Part shown: one piece after another, positions 51,701 to 63,700 of the stretch | Layout of the letters: every line of letters begins with the position of its first letter | How positions within the stretch are numbered: position 1 is the first letter of the stretch | Assembly (NCBI GenBank): GCA_905178155.1 | Contig: CAJINV010000002.1 | Location: 558,376-622,375 of the forward strand | Source of the DNA: Amoebophrya sp. A120 | Taxonomy: Eukaryota; Protista; Dinoflagellata | Direction: 5' to 3' | Length of the DNA stretch: 64,000 bases | Notes under the pieces: generated by a model | What the model was told of the DNA's origin: nothing | What the model saw: only the letters and a program-made list of their open reading frames with translations | Database searches by the model: none | Position numbers and translations under genes: made by a program

Positions 51701-54700
51701 AGTTTGCGTTCAGCGTTTCCTCAAAATCGTCGGCAATGTCAGGCTGCCCGGTCATTGTCTTCGAGTAAATGAGCGAATTCCAGGATTCTCCCGTCGGCAT
51801 GTCCGGTAACGCAGAAGGCGGAGCAGGAACTGCTGGTGGTGCAGCAGTAGTTGTAACCTCGTCCAAGAACGGGTCCACAAACGTGAGCAACTTCAATTTT
51901 TCCTTGTCCGTCAGGTGGTCGTAGTAGCTTTCCGCCTCTGTCTGCGAGTTGATGATGTCGTCGTGGCCTTCAATGAAACCTGAAGCCGCAGGATGCTGCT
52001 CGCCAGCCGTGTGGTCCGGAGCGGGCAGGCCCAAATCCTCCAGAACTTCCTTGGAAAGCAGCTCGATCGGGGGTAGATTCCCGTATCATATGTAAAAGCG
52101 TGGTCCCCACGGCCCCATAGTCGTAGTCAAGTTGGGAAATAATCTGCAAGACAAATCAGAAGGCTTCGGTAGGTTGTTGCGCATGACAAGTTTAATATTG
52201 GGCTCGCAATGTAATCAGGATTAGCTAGTGGAGTAGCATCACAAATCTTGCATCTCATGCTGATTGTAGCATCACAAATTTCAAACAGCACTAGAAATAA
52301 TTGCGTCTCATTGGGCTCCGCATGATAGACATTCTCACCATGCAGATTTGCATGACTTGTACTATGGGGGGTGCGGGCTGGACGTTTTTCCACAGGATAT
52401 CTCGTCCGTGTCCTTCTTTGCCAAATAACCCGGACTGGCCTTTCCCGTCGCCGTCGTCAAGTCAGCAAGCTTGTCTCTGTGGGGCCCCGATTCATCGTCA
52501 TCGGTGTCCAGCCACTGCGTGTACTTCTTGGTCCAGAAGTCCTCCGCGTTTTCCGGCTGGTCCTCGCCCCCCAAACCAACGACCTTGTCGTCGTCTATGG
52601 CGTTCTCAGCTGTTAGTACATTCTCAACCGTTGCATGTTGAATTTGTGATGCAAGAATGGCAATAAAATTTGGTTGGTTCTAGATCTTAGTTGCAGAGAC
52701 GGAAGAACAAGAAGTAACAACGCAACAGAGAGATGGAGGGGGGACAACACTTCTGCCTGTAACGTCCAAAGAATCCGAACCACGCTGCTTTGGGAAAAGT
52801 AGCCCTAAGTGGCAAGGAAAACTTTAGTGCTCGCTTAAAACGGTGATCCCAGTGTACATGGCGGTTACAGGCGCCGGCTCCACCATCCATGCACTCACCG
52901 CTTTAACGTGTTGGGGGAAAAGAGTCGGAAGAGGAAAGCAAAACCACAACACGCACACAAACGGGGATCAAGGAATTTGGATCGTAAGGACCGATGCATT
53001 ATGAAAGTATTAAGCGAAAACCCGATCGAGAAAAGATGATACGTTACGACCCGTACGAGCAGCGATAAATGACGAGCGGACGAATTGGACGTAGAGAAAG
53101 TAAACGAGAGCGATTCGAAAGACGATCGAGGTATAGATGCGACAGAGCGTATATAGAGGTATAAATGCACGAGCAAGTCGAAATCAAGTACGGAAGAGGC
53201 GTTTGTAAAGTGCAATAGGGATATATCGAAAACAGCCAACGGCAATAAACCGAATGATCTCATAAATGATCTTCACGCACACTCAATAAATGTGAAAGGG
53301 GGGACCACCTTGCGCGTCTTGCGTAACAGATATTAAACTTGGTGCAGATCTACAGCCTGTTTTGCCAACCTTCGAGAATTTGCCATGTGTAGCAGCTTGA
53401 TCGCGCCGATCATTCTGATGGTGGTAATTTTGCCTGACCAAAAATCATCATGTACTAACGGTTGAGAAGGTGACCGATTTGAGAATCCCTTATCTTCTCC
53501 GATGGTGCTCACGTCCACATCCACGTCGTCCGGACTGGCCGCGTAAGTGTCTGGATCCGCCTGGTCCAGAAAATTGTTCACGTAGCTTTGGAATGTGTCT
53601 GCATGGTGAGTGGCGGGGGAGCCAGATGTGTCGTCCTTGCCTCGCAAGAATTCCCAGTAGGCCTGAATCTCGTCGTTGGTATCAATCGGCAGAGTGATGT
53701 CTTTCTTTAACAGAGAGTATCCCAGAGAAAAGGCCTAGTTAGCTGAACATATGTGAATGCAGAAATGAAAAAGATCCCATCTGCTTATCCTCCGCAGCCC
53801 GCTGTGGATTCGGATTGCGAATTCATTTTTGCGGCATCACTGTAAAAATGCATTACAATTAGGTATTTTGAAAAACAGATGTCTATACACAAATCTGGTG
53901 GCACCATGGTAACTTTTTGCTCCGGGATAGCTCGTCATCGGTTGGCCATGGCAAGTTCATCGCACCGGGGTCAGAAAGAACTTCCTTCGAAAACACTGGC
54001 GGAGGGCCGAGGTTTGGATGCGACGTCTCGGCCTTGAAAGCGTCGTTCCCCGCGGACAGGTATCAAATGCAAAAGTGTTTGGGTCTGGAAACTTGTAATG
54101 CTGAGTGGCGTAGCATGAGGAGGCCACACGTGTTGGCTCAGCATGACAAACCTCTGAGCTTGTAGGTGTTGCTTATTCTGCATGACAAATTGCGTCTCCG
54201 CATGACAGAAAAATGCGGCTCTTGGGCAACGTGCATGACAGATTTAAGAGTTTGTTATGCTAGACAAGCATGACAAACATGCTTTCTTCCAGACCCAGAC
54301 ATTTTTACAGTTGATAACAGGTGTACAGCTTTCCAGTCGTTGAAGTCGTGCTTCCAATTGATGGGCCTCGCAATGCTGCTGTCTTCCGGGTGGCCCTTCA
54401 ACAGCTTATCCGGGTACGCGTCGTCTTCGAATAGGGCCAAAGAGACGTCGACGTCCTTCTTTTCCGCTTTGCCGAACACCTCCGGTTATGCATTGCAAAA
54501 GTATCTCACGAGTATAAATCGCAATACAAATTTGCTCAGCATTTGAAATGGAATTTGTAATGCTGTTTTACCTTAGGAAGAAGATTTGTCATGCATATTT
54601 GCAATTACTACGAGTGCGATACTTTTGCACTGGATACCGGTTCCGTCTTGTCTAGGAAGTTGTTCACGTACGTTTCGAACTTTATCTTATCATCGGCGTT

Positions 54701-57700
54701 ATGAGAGTGCACAACTTCAACTCCCCCTCCCCCTCATTTGTATGGCATGAACAGCAACACAGGCAACAGCAGAAAAGGGACTTTCGCATGACGAATCTGC
54801 ATGCGGATTGTAGTTGTATTATTTGAGGTTCCAATTCCAAAATTTGTCATGCTAACAGTGCTTACGAGCAAGTGCAAGGTGTGACATTGGTATTTTGCAT
54901 TACAAATGAGGGGGAGGGGGAGTTCTTGTGCAGTCTCATATGCGTCCAACGAGTTGTAGTATGTCTTGATTTCGTCGTATGAAATGTAAAAATGTCTGGG
55001 TCTGGAAGGATCCAAGGTTTGTCATGCACATTTTGCATGACTCCTGATGTCTGTGATGCATGCCCTAGCATCACAGATTTTGTGAGGGCTTCCTGCTGCC
55101 TATACCGCATGACAAATGCTCTTTCCGTGTAGCAAAATTTGGACTCTCTTTGCTGCTCATGCAATACAGATTTTTTTAGAATCCAAATGCAGCATCACAA
55201 GTTCCAACTTTCCAGACCCAGACATTTTTGCAATCCATACGTCGTTGGTGTCGATTGCGCCATGGATTCCAGTTTCCGGGACTTTCCCCAAGTGCAAGTC
55301 GTCCGTCAAATGGTCCTTGCCAAACACATATCCTGTGCAAAAGTATCGTACTCGTATTGCAGTCGTGCATTACAAATCATCTTGCCAAGGCAGATTCGAA
55401 TTACAAATTTTATTTCTCACACTGAGGAAATAATTTGTAATGCATTTATACGAGTACGATACTTTTGCAATGCATAACACACGCAGCGTTGCCTCCTGAG
55501 AAAAAACGTACCCGCGGCGTCAAAACCTCAAGACTGATGAAACTCGGCAAACTAAACGAGTCAAGGAGCAGCCAAAGTTGCACCTTCCACTGACTTCGCG
55601 GGCCATGTTGCATGACAAAGTTTGGCTTGCGCCAGAATTTTCCCTCGTATTCATCTCGACGCGGATGGCAGCTTCACATCATAAAAAATCTACCTGTTCC
55701 TCTATGCGGATGAGTTCAACATGACAACTTCCAAAACGCCATGACAAAGTGCCTCTCCGACAGAGCCAATGCCAAAAGAAATATTTATATACTTTACTTC
55801 CCCTGCTCTTCGGGGCAATCATTATCCCAGATTTGCATCACAAGTACGGCCGCGCGGGTACGTTTTAACACAGGATATGGGGGGCCCAGCAGGTTGGCGA
55901 CAGGAGCAGGCGTAGCTGCGTCGACTACAGGATCCAACCCATCGCTATCTTTAGTTGCGCGCACGAAATAGTGGTCTTCCAGTACCTTATTCAGGTCGAC
56001 GTGACCTTTGCCGGTGGCCTCGTGTTCTATCAACTGCAAAAATGTCTGAGACTGGAAGATTGCCAGGTTTGTCATGTATATTTTGAATGATCCATGATGT
56101 CTGTGATGCATGCCCTAGCATCACAGATTTCTAGAGGACTTTGTGATGCCTCTACCGCATGAGAAATGCCCTTTCCGCGTAGCACAAACTGGAGTCCTCT
56201 TGCTGATCATGTTGCAATACAAACTTTTTTAGAAAAATCCAGAGACAGCATTACAAGTTTAGAATCTTCCAGACCCAGACACTTTTGCATTTGATATGTT
56301 CCGACCCTTGGTGATTCCAGCGCTCCCCGATGCTGCCCAAGTCGAATTTTTTGCCCTCAACTATGGCATTCTCAAAAGTTACATTCAGAGCTGTTACATG
56401 GATTTGTAATGCAAGAACAGCAACAGCGAAAGTGGCAATATTGCAGCTTTCGCATCACAGACTTTCCACAGATCATCATGCTGCTTAGCCCTTCGAAAAT
56501 TTGTCATACTAAGCACCTTGATCAAGTGGAGGCTGATGGCAATTTTGCATGACAAATCCGCGTAACAGTTGAAAATGTAACAGTTGAGAACGCCATATCG
56601 ACGTCAGAGTTCTCCGCGTCTTCCAGATATTTGTTGACGAAGGCCTCCAGAATGTCCTGCTTGTCCGCCCCGGTGTGCTTACCACTCGGGTCCGGATTAT
56701 GCATTGCAAATATTTCATTTTCATCCGGGTCTGGAAGGATGCGAACTTGTCATGCTACGTCTGAACCGTGCAAAATAAAATCTGTGTTGCATGATCAACA
56801 GCAAACATTGTCCACTTTTGACCAAGTTCAGACTGAGTTTCTCATGGACAGGGGGCACGATACGGATCTCACAGAATTTTTCATGCTAGGTCCACCTGCA
56901 TAATTCGTTCCAGACCTCATGCGTGGTCATCATGGAATAAAACCTGCATGACAACTGTCATCTGCATTCTTCCACACCCAGACATATTTGCAGTGGATAC
57001 GGGTGCTGTCCCAGCCACTCGTAGTGCTCTATCCTCTTCAAACACGCTAGCGCGTCAGAGTTATTTTTGTCTCTATATAAACTATGAGGTGATCGCTTTT
57101 TTGTGATACGGCTTTGTCGCCAAGCACGAAGATGACCACAGTTCACCTAAGAACTGTAGTCCAAGCTTGATGTCATGCGGATTTCGCACAGCTTCTTGAT
57201 TTGTGAAGCACGACATGCACAAGCACAACTACAACCCCCATCTTCACATTGACTCTGGAGTGGAGACGTCTTTGAACAGGATACACTTCTGGATGTCGTC
57301 ATATGGGATTCTCAAATGTTGCATTCTCAACTGCTACATGATTTGTCATGCAAAATGAGCGTCAACATTTTGTTCCACACAGTCAAGCTGCTTCGCATGA
57401 CAGATATAGAGAAAGGCTAAACAGCGACTACTTCTGTGCGGTATTCGTCATGCTACAGGTGCATCAGCCTCCCCTCTTTGACTTTTGCCATTCTTGCATT
57501 ACAAATTCATGTAAAAGTTGAGAATGTAACAGTTGAGAACTCCAGCATACGTCATTGCTGTCGATGATCTTGTTGTTTTTCGGGCTCGATTCGTGCGTCC
57601 AGAAGTCGTCGTATTTTCCTGGCAGTTCCAAACCGAGTTCCTTCAGCACACTGTGGTCGTCGTCGGATTCGAAAATCGAATGGTGCAGGTTCTTGCTAGT

Positions 57701-60700
57701 ATCCAGATCCTTCAACACGGTGTCGTACTTGGTTCTGCTTGGGAGAGAATCGTCCCAGGTAAAGTGATCCAGTTGGTCAAAAAAGTCACCCGGCAAGTGG
57801 GCCGGATCGACGTCCACATCGACTCCCTCCTTGTAACGCGCCTCGTCGGTTGCGTCCAGATAGTTGTTTAAGAGGGTTTCGAATTTCGCTTTGCCGTCTA
57901 TAGTCTCCAGGTGATTGTAGTACTCCTTCAGGTCGTCATTACTGTTGATCATTTTTCCGTCATGATCTAAAACGCCGTCGGGATCCGGTAGACCAGATTC
58001 CAGGATCATATTGTTGAACACGTGACGAAAGCCGGCGTTCCACGCAGTGTCGACTTTGCCGTTATCGACCGTGCCGTCATGGACATGCGCCACGGCATGC
58101 GCGAAGGCCTGTTCTTGCTTCCCCTCGTGCCCATGCAAGGACTCGTCGAAGTGGGTTTTCCATGCGGTCCAGTCTTTTGCGAGGATGTGGCTTGGATCGA
58201 CGTGTTATCCCGGGAAAAGATCATGTCAGGAAGGGACGATCTTGTTCTATCCGGCTAAAATGAACCACACGACAACTGATCAAATAGATCTGTACTATTT
58301 TGGTTTCAGCATCTGTCGTATCCATACAGGCATGAAACTACTAGAGCAGCCACAACGAACCTGCTGCTACTCTATCGGATGCTTACGACGCGTCCTCAGT
58401 CGCTTTCTGTCCCACCTGTAGTTCTTTCATCTTGCATGCACAGACCGTTCTATGCACTTGCACAACAAGCCTATATCTTTTTCAACTTCACTACCTCAAG
58501 AATCTGCAAAATCTTCGTTGTGCATGTAGTGCATGTCCCTGCTGATCCAAAACCGCCAGAACAGCAAAGTAGATAAAGACTTGTGTCAGATGTCTAGGCT
58601 CAATTGTCGTTCTTGTCCGGCCCGTCTGACAGATCTTTTGCACCGGATACATCAATATCCGGATCGCCCTCGTATTTGTCAGAATCTGCCTGATCCAGGT
58701 AGTCGTTCAACAGCGTCGCGAACGCGTTGTACTTTGCTTCCGGTGTAACAGCGTCGTCCAGTAGCTTATTGCCGTAGGCTCGCACGCTGGCAGCCGAGTT
58801 CAGGTGCTGGGGACTCGGGTCTGGCAGCCCCGCTCCGTGTACCATCCGTTCGAGGGCCTCGCCGAAATTTGTCGGGTTTTCGTACAGATTACGATTTTGA
58901 TCGTCGGTTACTTCACCGCCTTTCACGTGCGCCACGGCAGCGTCGTACATGGTTTTCCGATTGTCAGTGCCGCTGGGCCAAGCGTCTTTCCACTGGTCCC
59001 ACTGCTCCGTGCCGTCGTCAGTGAGGTGGCCCGGGTCGACGTCGAGGTCGGGAGACCCGTTGTATTTCTCGGAATCCACGTTGTCCAAGTAGTCGCTCAG
59101 CAGGGTCTCGAATGCGTCTTTTTGTGTTCCACTCAGGTGTTTGTAGTAGTTCTCCACGTCGTCATCACTGGAAATCTATCCTTTGCAAAAGTATCGCGCT
59201 CGTAGTAATTGCATTTATGCATGACGTGGCCTAGGTACGCACATACGACTCGGCACGGCAAATCGTATGTGGGGCGTTACAATTTTCGCGCCTTTTTCAT
59301 TGAGAAAACCCGCCAAAAAGCAGCACCGAGCCCGGTGCGGTTTGTAACGTATGGCAGCACCGAGCCCGCCCAAATATGTCTTTTTGCCCACCTACAAAAT
59401 TGGTATTGTAGCGGCGCGCCTTCACAATACATTTTGGCGCACCGAGGCGGCGCGCAAAAACGTCCCATCGCACGCCTTTCCCAGGTGGCGCCGGCGCCTT
59501 CGCCTCCTGCGTTTTTTACCTTGCCCTCGGACGCGCGCCAGGGTACGGGTTTTGTTTTTCTGCCCACCAAGGCCCGCGCGCGTGGCCTCGCGAATTAGCC
59601 GATGGGCCCCCGGTCCCCCCCCCCGCGTGCGTTTTTTCGCTTCGCACACGCCCGCGCCTGCGTCGCCCCCTGCCTTCCGCGGGCGCTTCTGCTCGCGGCG
59701 TCGCGCGACGAGCACTACCTCGGACGCACGGCACCAGCAGCGAATTTGTTTCACGTGTCTCACCGTCCCACCCCAAAAAAAACCAATCTTGGCACCGCCG
59801 CGCCCCGAGCGCTTTTTTCCATTTCTGTTGCTGTGTTCCGCCCGTCTGCTGCTTTATTCCCGAGTACAATTTGGCGTACCGAGGCCGTCCGCCTCGGTGC
59901 ACCGAGGCGGCCACTCCGAAAAACTGGCATTTTTGGCCTCGGTGCGCCATTTTGTATGCGCGTCCTGAAGAAACTTGTTCTAGCCTCGGTGCGCCAACTT
60001 GTAGTGGCGTACCGAGGCCACGACACTACCGAGGCGACGTCATGCATCTCTTTTCCAAGCGAAATCAGCATTACAAGTCTCAATTTGTAATGCTGGGACA
60101 ATTTGTAATGCAATTTATTATTTATACTAGTACGATGCTTTTGCATTGCATACAATCTGCATGTGTCGAGACCCGGATCCGTCTACATGCATTGTGTCGA
60201 GACCCGGATCCGGCAACCCGGCCTCGTGGATCATGTTGTCGAACGCGGTGGTGAACGGGTGCGACGACGGAACGTAGAGGTTTGAAGCGGCACCGGGCTT
60301 TACGTTACCGTCTTTCACGTGCTCCACTGCCGCATCGAAAATGGTTTTGCGAGTGTTAGTATGCATTGCAAAAGTAACGTACTAGTATAAATCGCAATAC
60401 AAATTTTGGCAAGAAGAAAAGTGGGATTTGTAAATGCTGTTTTAGTTTAGGCGGAAGATTTGTCATGCATATCTGCAATTACTACGAGTGCGATACTTTT
60501 GCACAGCATAGCTAGTGTCGCTGAGCGGCCAAGCGCCTTTCCACTGGTCCCACTGATCGGTGTCGTCGTGAGTGAGATGGCCCGGGTCGACGTCAACGTC
60601 GGGATCCACATTGTATTTCTCGGAATCCACGTTGTCCAAGTAGTCGTTCAGCAGGGTCTCGAACGCGTCTTTTTGTGTTCCACTCAGGTGGTTGTAGTAG

Positions 60701-63700
60701 TTCTCCACGTCCGCGTCCGAGTTGATCATGTGTCCTGACACGTCCGGCACAGTGTCCGGATCGGGAAGGCCAGCAGCGTGAATCATGTTGTTGAACGCGT
60801 GATGAAAGCCGGCGTTCCACGCAGTGTCGACTTTGTCAGCACCCACGACAGCGCCGTTATGGACATGCGCCACGGCATGCGCGAAGGCCTGTTCTTGCTT
60901 CCCCTCGTGCCCATGCAAGTGGGTGTCCCATGCGGTCCAGTCTGTTGCGAGGATGTGGCTTGGATCGACGTGTTATCCAGGGAAAAGATCATGTCAGGAA
61001 GGGACGATCTTGTTCTATCCGGCTAAAATCATTTTAGCTGGGTAGAAAAAACGTGCGACAATTGATAAAGTAGATCGTACGAATGAACCACACGACAACT
61101 GATCAAATAGATCTGTACTATTTTGGTTTCAGCATCTGTCGTATCCATACATGCATGAAACTACTAGAGCAGCCACAACGAACCTGCTGCTACTCTATCG
61201 GATGCTTACGACGCGTCCTCAGTCTCTTTCTGTCCCACCTGTAGTTTTTTCATCTTGCATGCACAGACCGTTCTATGCACAACAAGCCTTTATCCTTTTC
61301 AACTTCACTACCTCCATGATCTGCAAAATCTTCGTTGTGCATGTAGTGCATGTCCCCGCTGATCTAAAACCGTCAGAACAGCAAAGTACTTAGATAAAGA
61401 CCTGTGTGCGATGTCTAGGCTCAATTGTCGTTCTTGTCCGGCCCGTCTGACAGATTTTTTCCACCGGATACATCAACATCCGGATCGCCCTCGTATTTGC
61501 CAGAATCTGCTTGATCCAGGTAGTCGTTCAACAGCGTCGCGAAGGCGTTGTACTTTGCTTCACCCCCAGTACCACCGGCCAGTAGGTTATTGCCGTAGGC
61601 TCGCACGCTGGCAGCCGAGTTCAGGTGCTGGGGACTCGGGTCTGGCAGCCCCGCGCCGTGTACCATCCGTTCGAGGGCCTCACCGAAATCCGTCGGGTAT
61701 TCGTACCGATTGGGGGTCGGAACTCCATGCTGCGAGAAGTGAATTGCCCACGGGAACAACCCATGTTGAGGGTCGGTTACTTCACCGCCTTTCACGTGCG
61801 CCACGGCAGCGTCGTACATGATTTTCCGATTGTCAGTGTCGCTGGGCCAAGCGTCTTTCCACTGGTCCCACTGCTCCGTGCCGTCGTCAGTGAGGTGGCC
61901 CGGGTCGACGTCGAGGTCGGGAGACCCGTTGTATTTCTCGGAATCCACGTTGTCCAAGTAGTCGCTCAGCAGGGTCTCGAATGCGTCTTTTTGTGTTCCA
62001 CTCAGGTGTTTGTAGTAGTTCTCCACGTCGTCATCACTGGAAATCTATCCTTTGCAAAAGTATCGCGCTCGTAGTAATTGCATTTATGCATGACGTGGCC
62101 TAGGTACGCACATACGACTCGGCACGGCAAATCGTATGTGGGGCGTTACAATTTTCGCGCCTTTTTCATTGAGAAAACCCGCCAAAAAGCAGCACCGAGC
62201 CCGGTGCGGTTTGTAACGTATGGCAGCACCGAGCCCGCCCAAATATGTCTTTTTGCCCACCTACAAAATTGGTATTGTAGCGGCGCGCCTTCACAATACA
62301 TTTTGGCGCACCGAGGCGGCGCGCAAAAACGTCCCATCGCACGCCTTTCCCAGGTGGCGCCGGCGCCTTCGCCTCCTGCGTTTTTTACCTTGCCCTCGGA
62401 CGCGCGCCAGGGTACGGGTTTTGTTTTTCTGCCCACCAAGGCCCGCGCGCGTGGCCTCGCGAATTAGCCGATGGGCCCCCGGTCCCCCCCCCCGCGTGCG
62501 TTTTTTCGCTTCGCACACGCCCGCGCCTGCGTCGCCCCCTGCCTTCCGCGGGCGCTTCTGCTCGCGGCGTCGCGCGACGAGCACTACCTCGGACGCACGG
62601 CACCAGCAGCGAATTTGTTTCACGTGTCTCACCGTCCCACCCCAAAAAAAACCAATCTTGGCACCGCCGCGCCCCGAGCGCTTTTTTCCATTTCTGTTGC
62701 TGTGTTCCGCCCGTCTGCTGCTTTATTCCCGAGTACAATTTGGCGTACCGAGGCCGTCCGCCTCGGTGCACCGAGGCGGCCACTCCGAAAAACTGGCATT
62801 TTTGGCCTCGGTGCGCCATTTTGTATGCGCGTCCTGAAGAAACTTGTTCTAGCCTCGGTGCGCCAACTTGTAGTGGCGTACCGAGGCCACGACACTACCG
62901 AGGCGACGTCATGCATCTCTTTTCCAAGCGAAATCAGCATTACAAGTCTCAATTTGTAATGCTGGGACAATTTGTAATGCAATTTATTATTTATACTAGT
63001 ACGATGCTTTTGCATTGCATACAATCTGCATGTGTCGAGACCCGGATCCGTCTACATGCTTTGTGTCGAGACCCGGATCCGGCAACCCGGCCTCGTGGAT
63101 CATGTTGTCGAACGCGGTGGTGAACGGGTGCGACGACGGAACGTAGAGGTTTGAAGCGGCACCGGGCTTTACGTTACCGTCTTTCACGTGCTCCACTGCC
63201 GCATCGAAAATGGTTTTGCGAGTGTTAGTATGCATTGCAAAAGTAACGTACTAGTATAAATCGCAATACAAATTTTGGCAAGAAGAAAAGTGGGATTTGT
63301 AAATGCTGTTTTAGTTTAGGCGGAAGATTTGTCATGCATATCTGCAATTACTACGAGTGCGATACTTTTGCACAGCATAGCTAGTGTCGCTGAGCGGCCA
63401 AGCGCCTTTCCACTGGTCCCACTGATCGGTGTCGTCGTGAGTGAGATGGCCCGGGTCGACGTCTACGTCGGGATCCACATTGTATTTCTCGGAATCCACG
63501 TTGTCCAAGTAGTCGTTCAGCAGGGTCTCGAACGCGTCTTTTTGTGTTCCACTCAGGTGGTTGTAGTAGTTCTCCACGTCCGCGTCCGAGTTGATCATGT
63601 GTCCTGACACGTCCGGCACAGTGTCCGGATCGGGAAGGCCAGCAGCGTGAATCATGTTGTTGAACGCGTGATGAAAGCCGGCGTTCCACGCAGTGTCGAC

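Noticed and set aside
55530-55570. Hammerhead ribozyme (ctgatga plus stem)
   Set aside because: No GAAA after the stem and no closing helices. The same applies to ctgaaga near 46906.
59209-60254. Many overlapping ORFs here and at 40769-43091 and 62078-63123
   Set aside because: They result from GC-rich MITE sequence. Recurrent peptides such as LPDPDIF and QKYRTR elsewhere are translations of introner TIRs.
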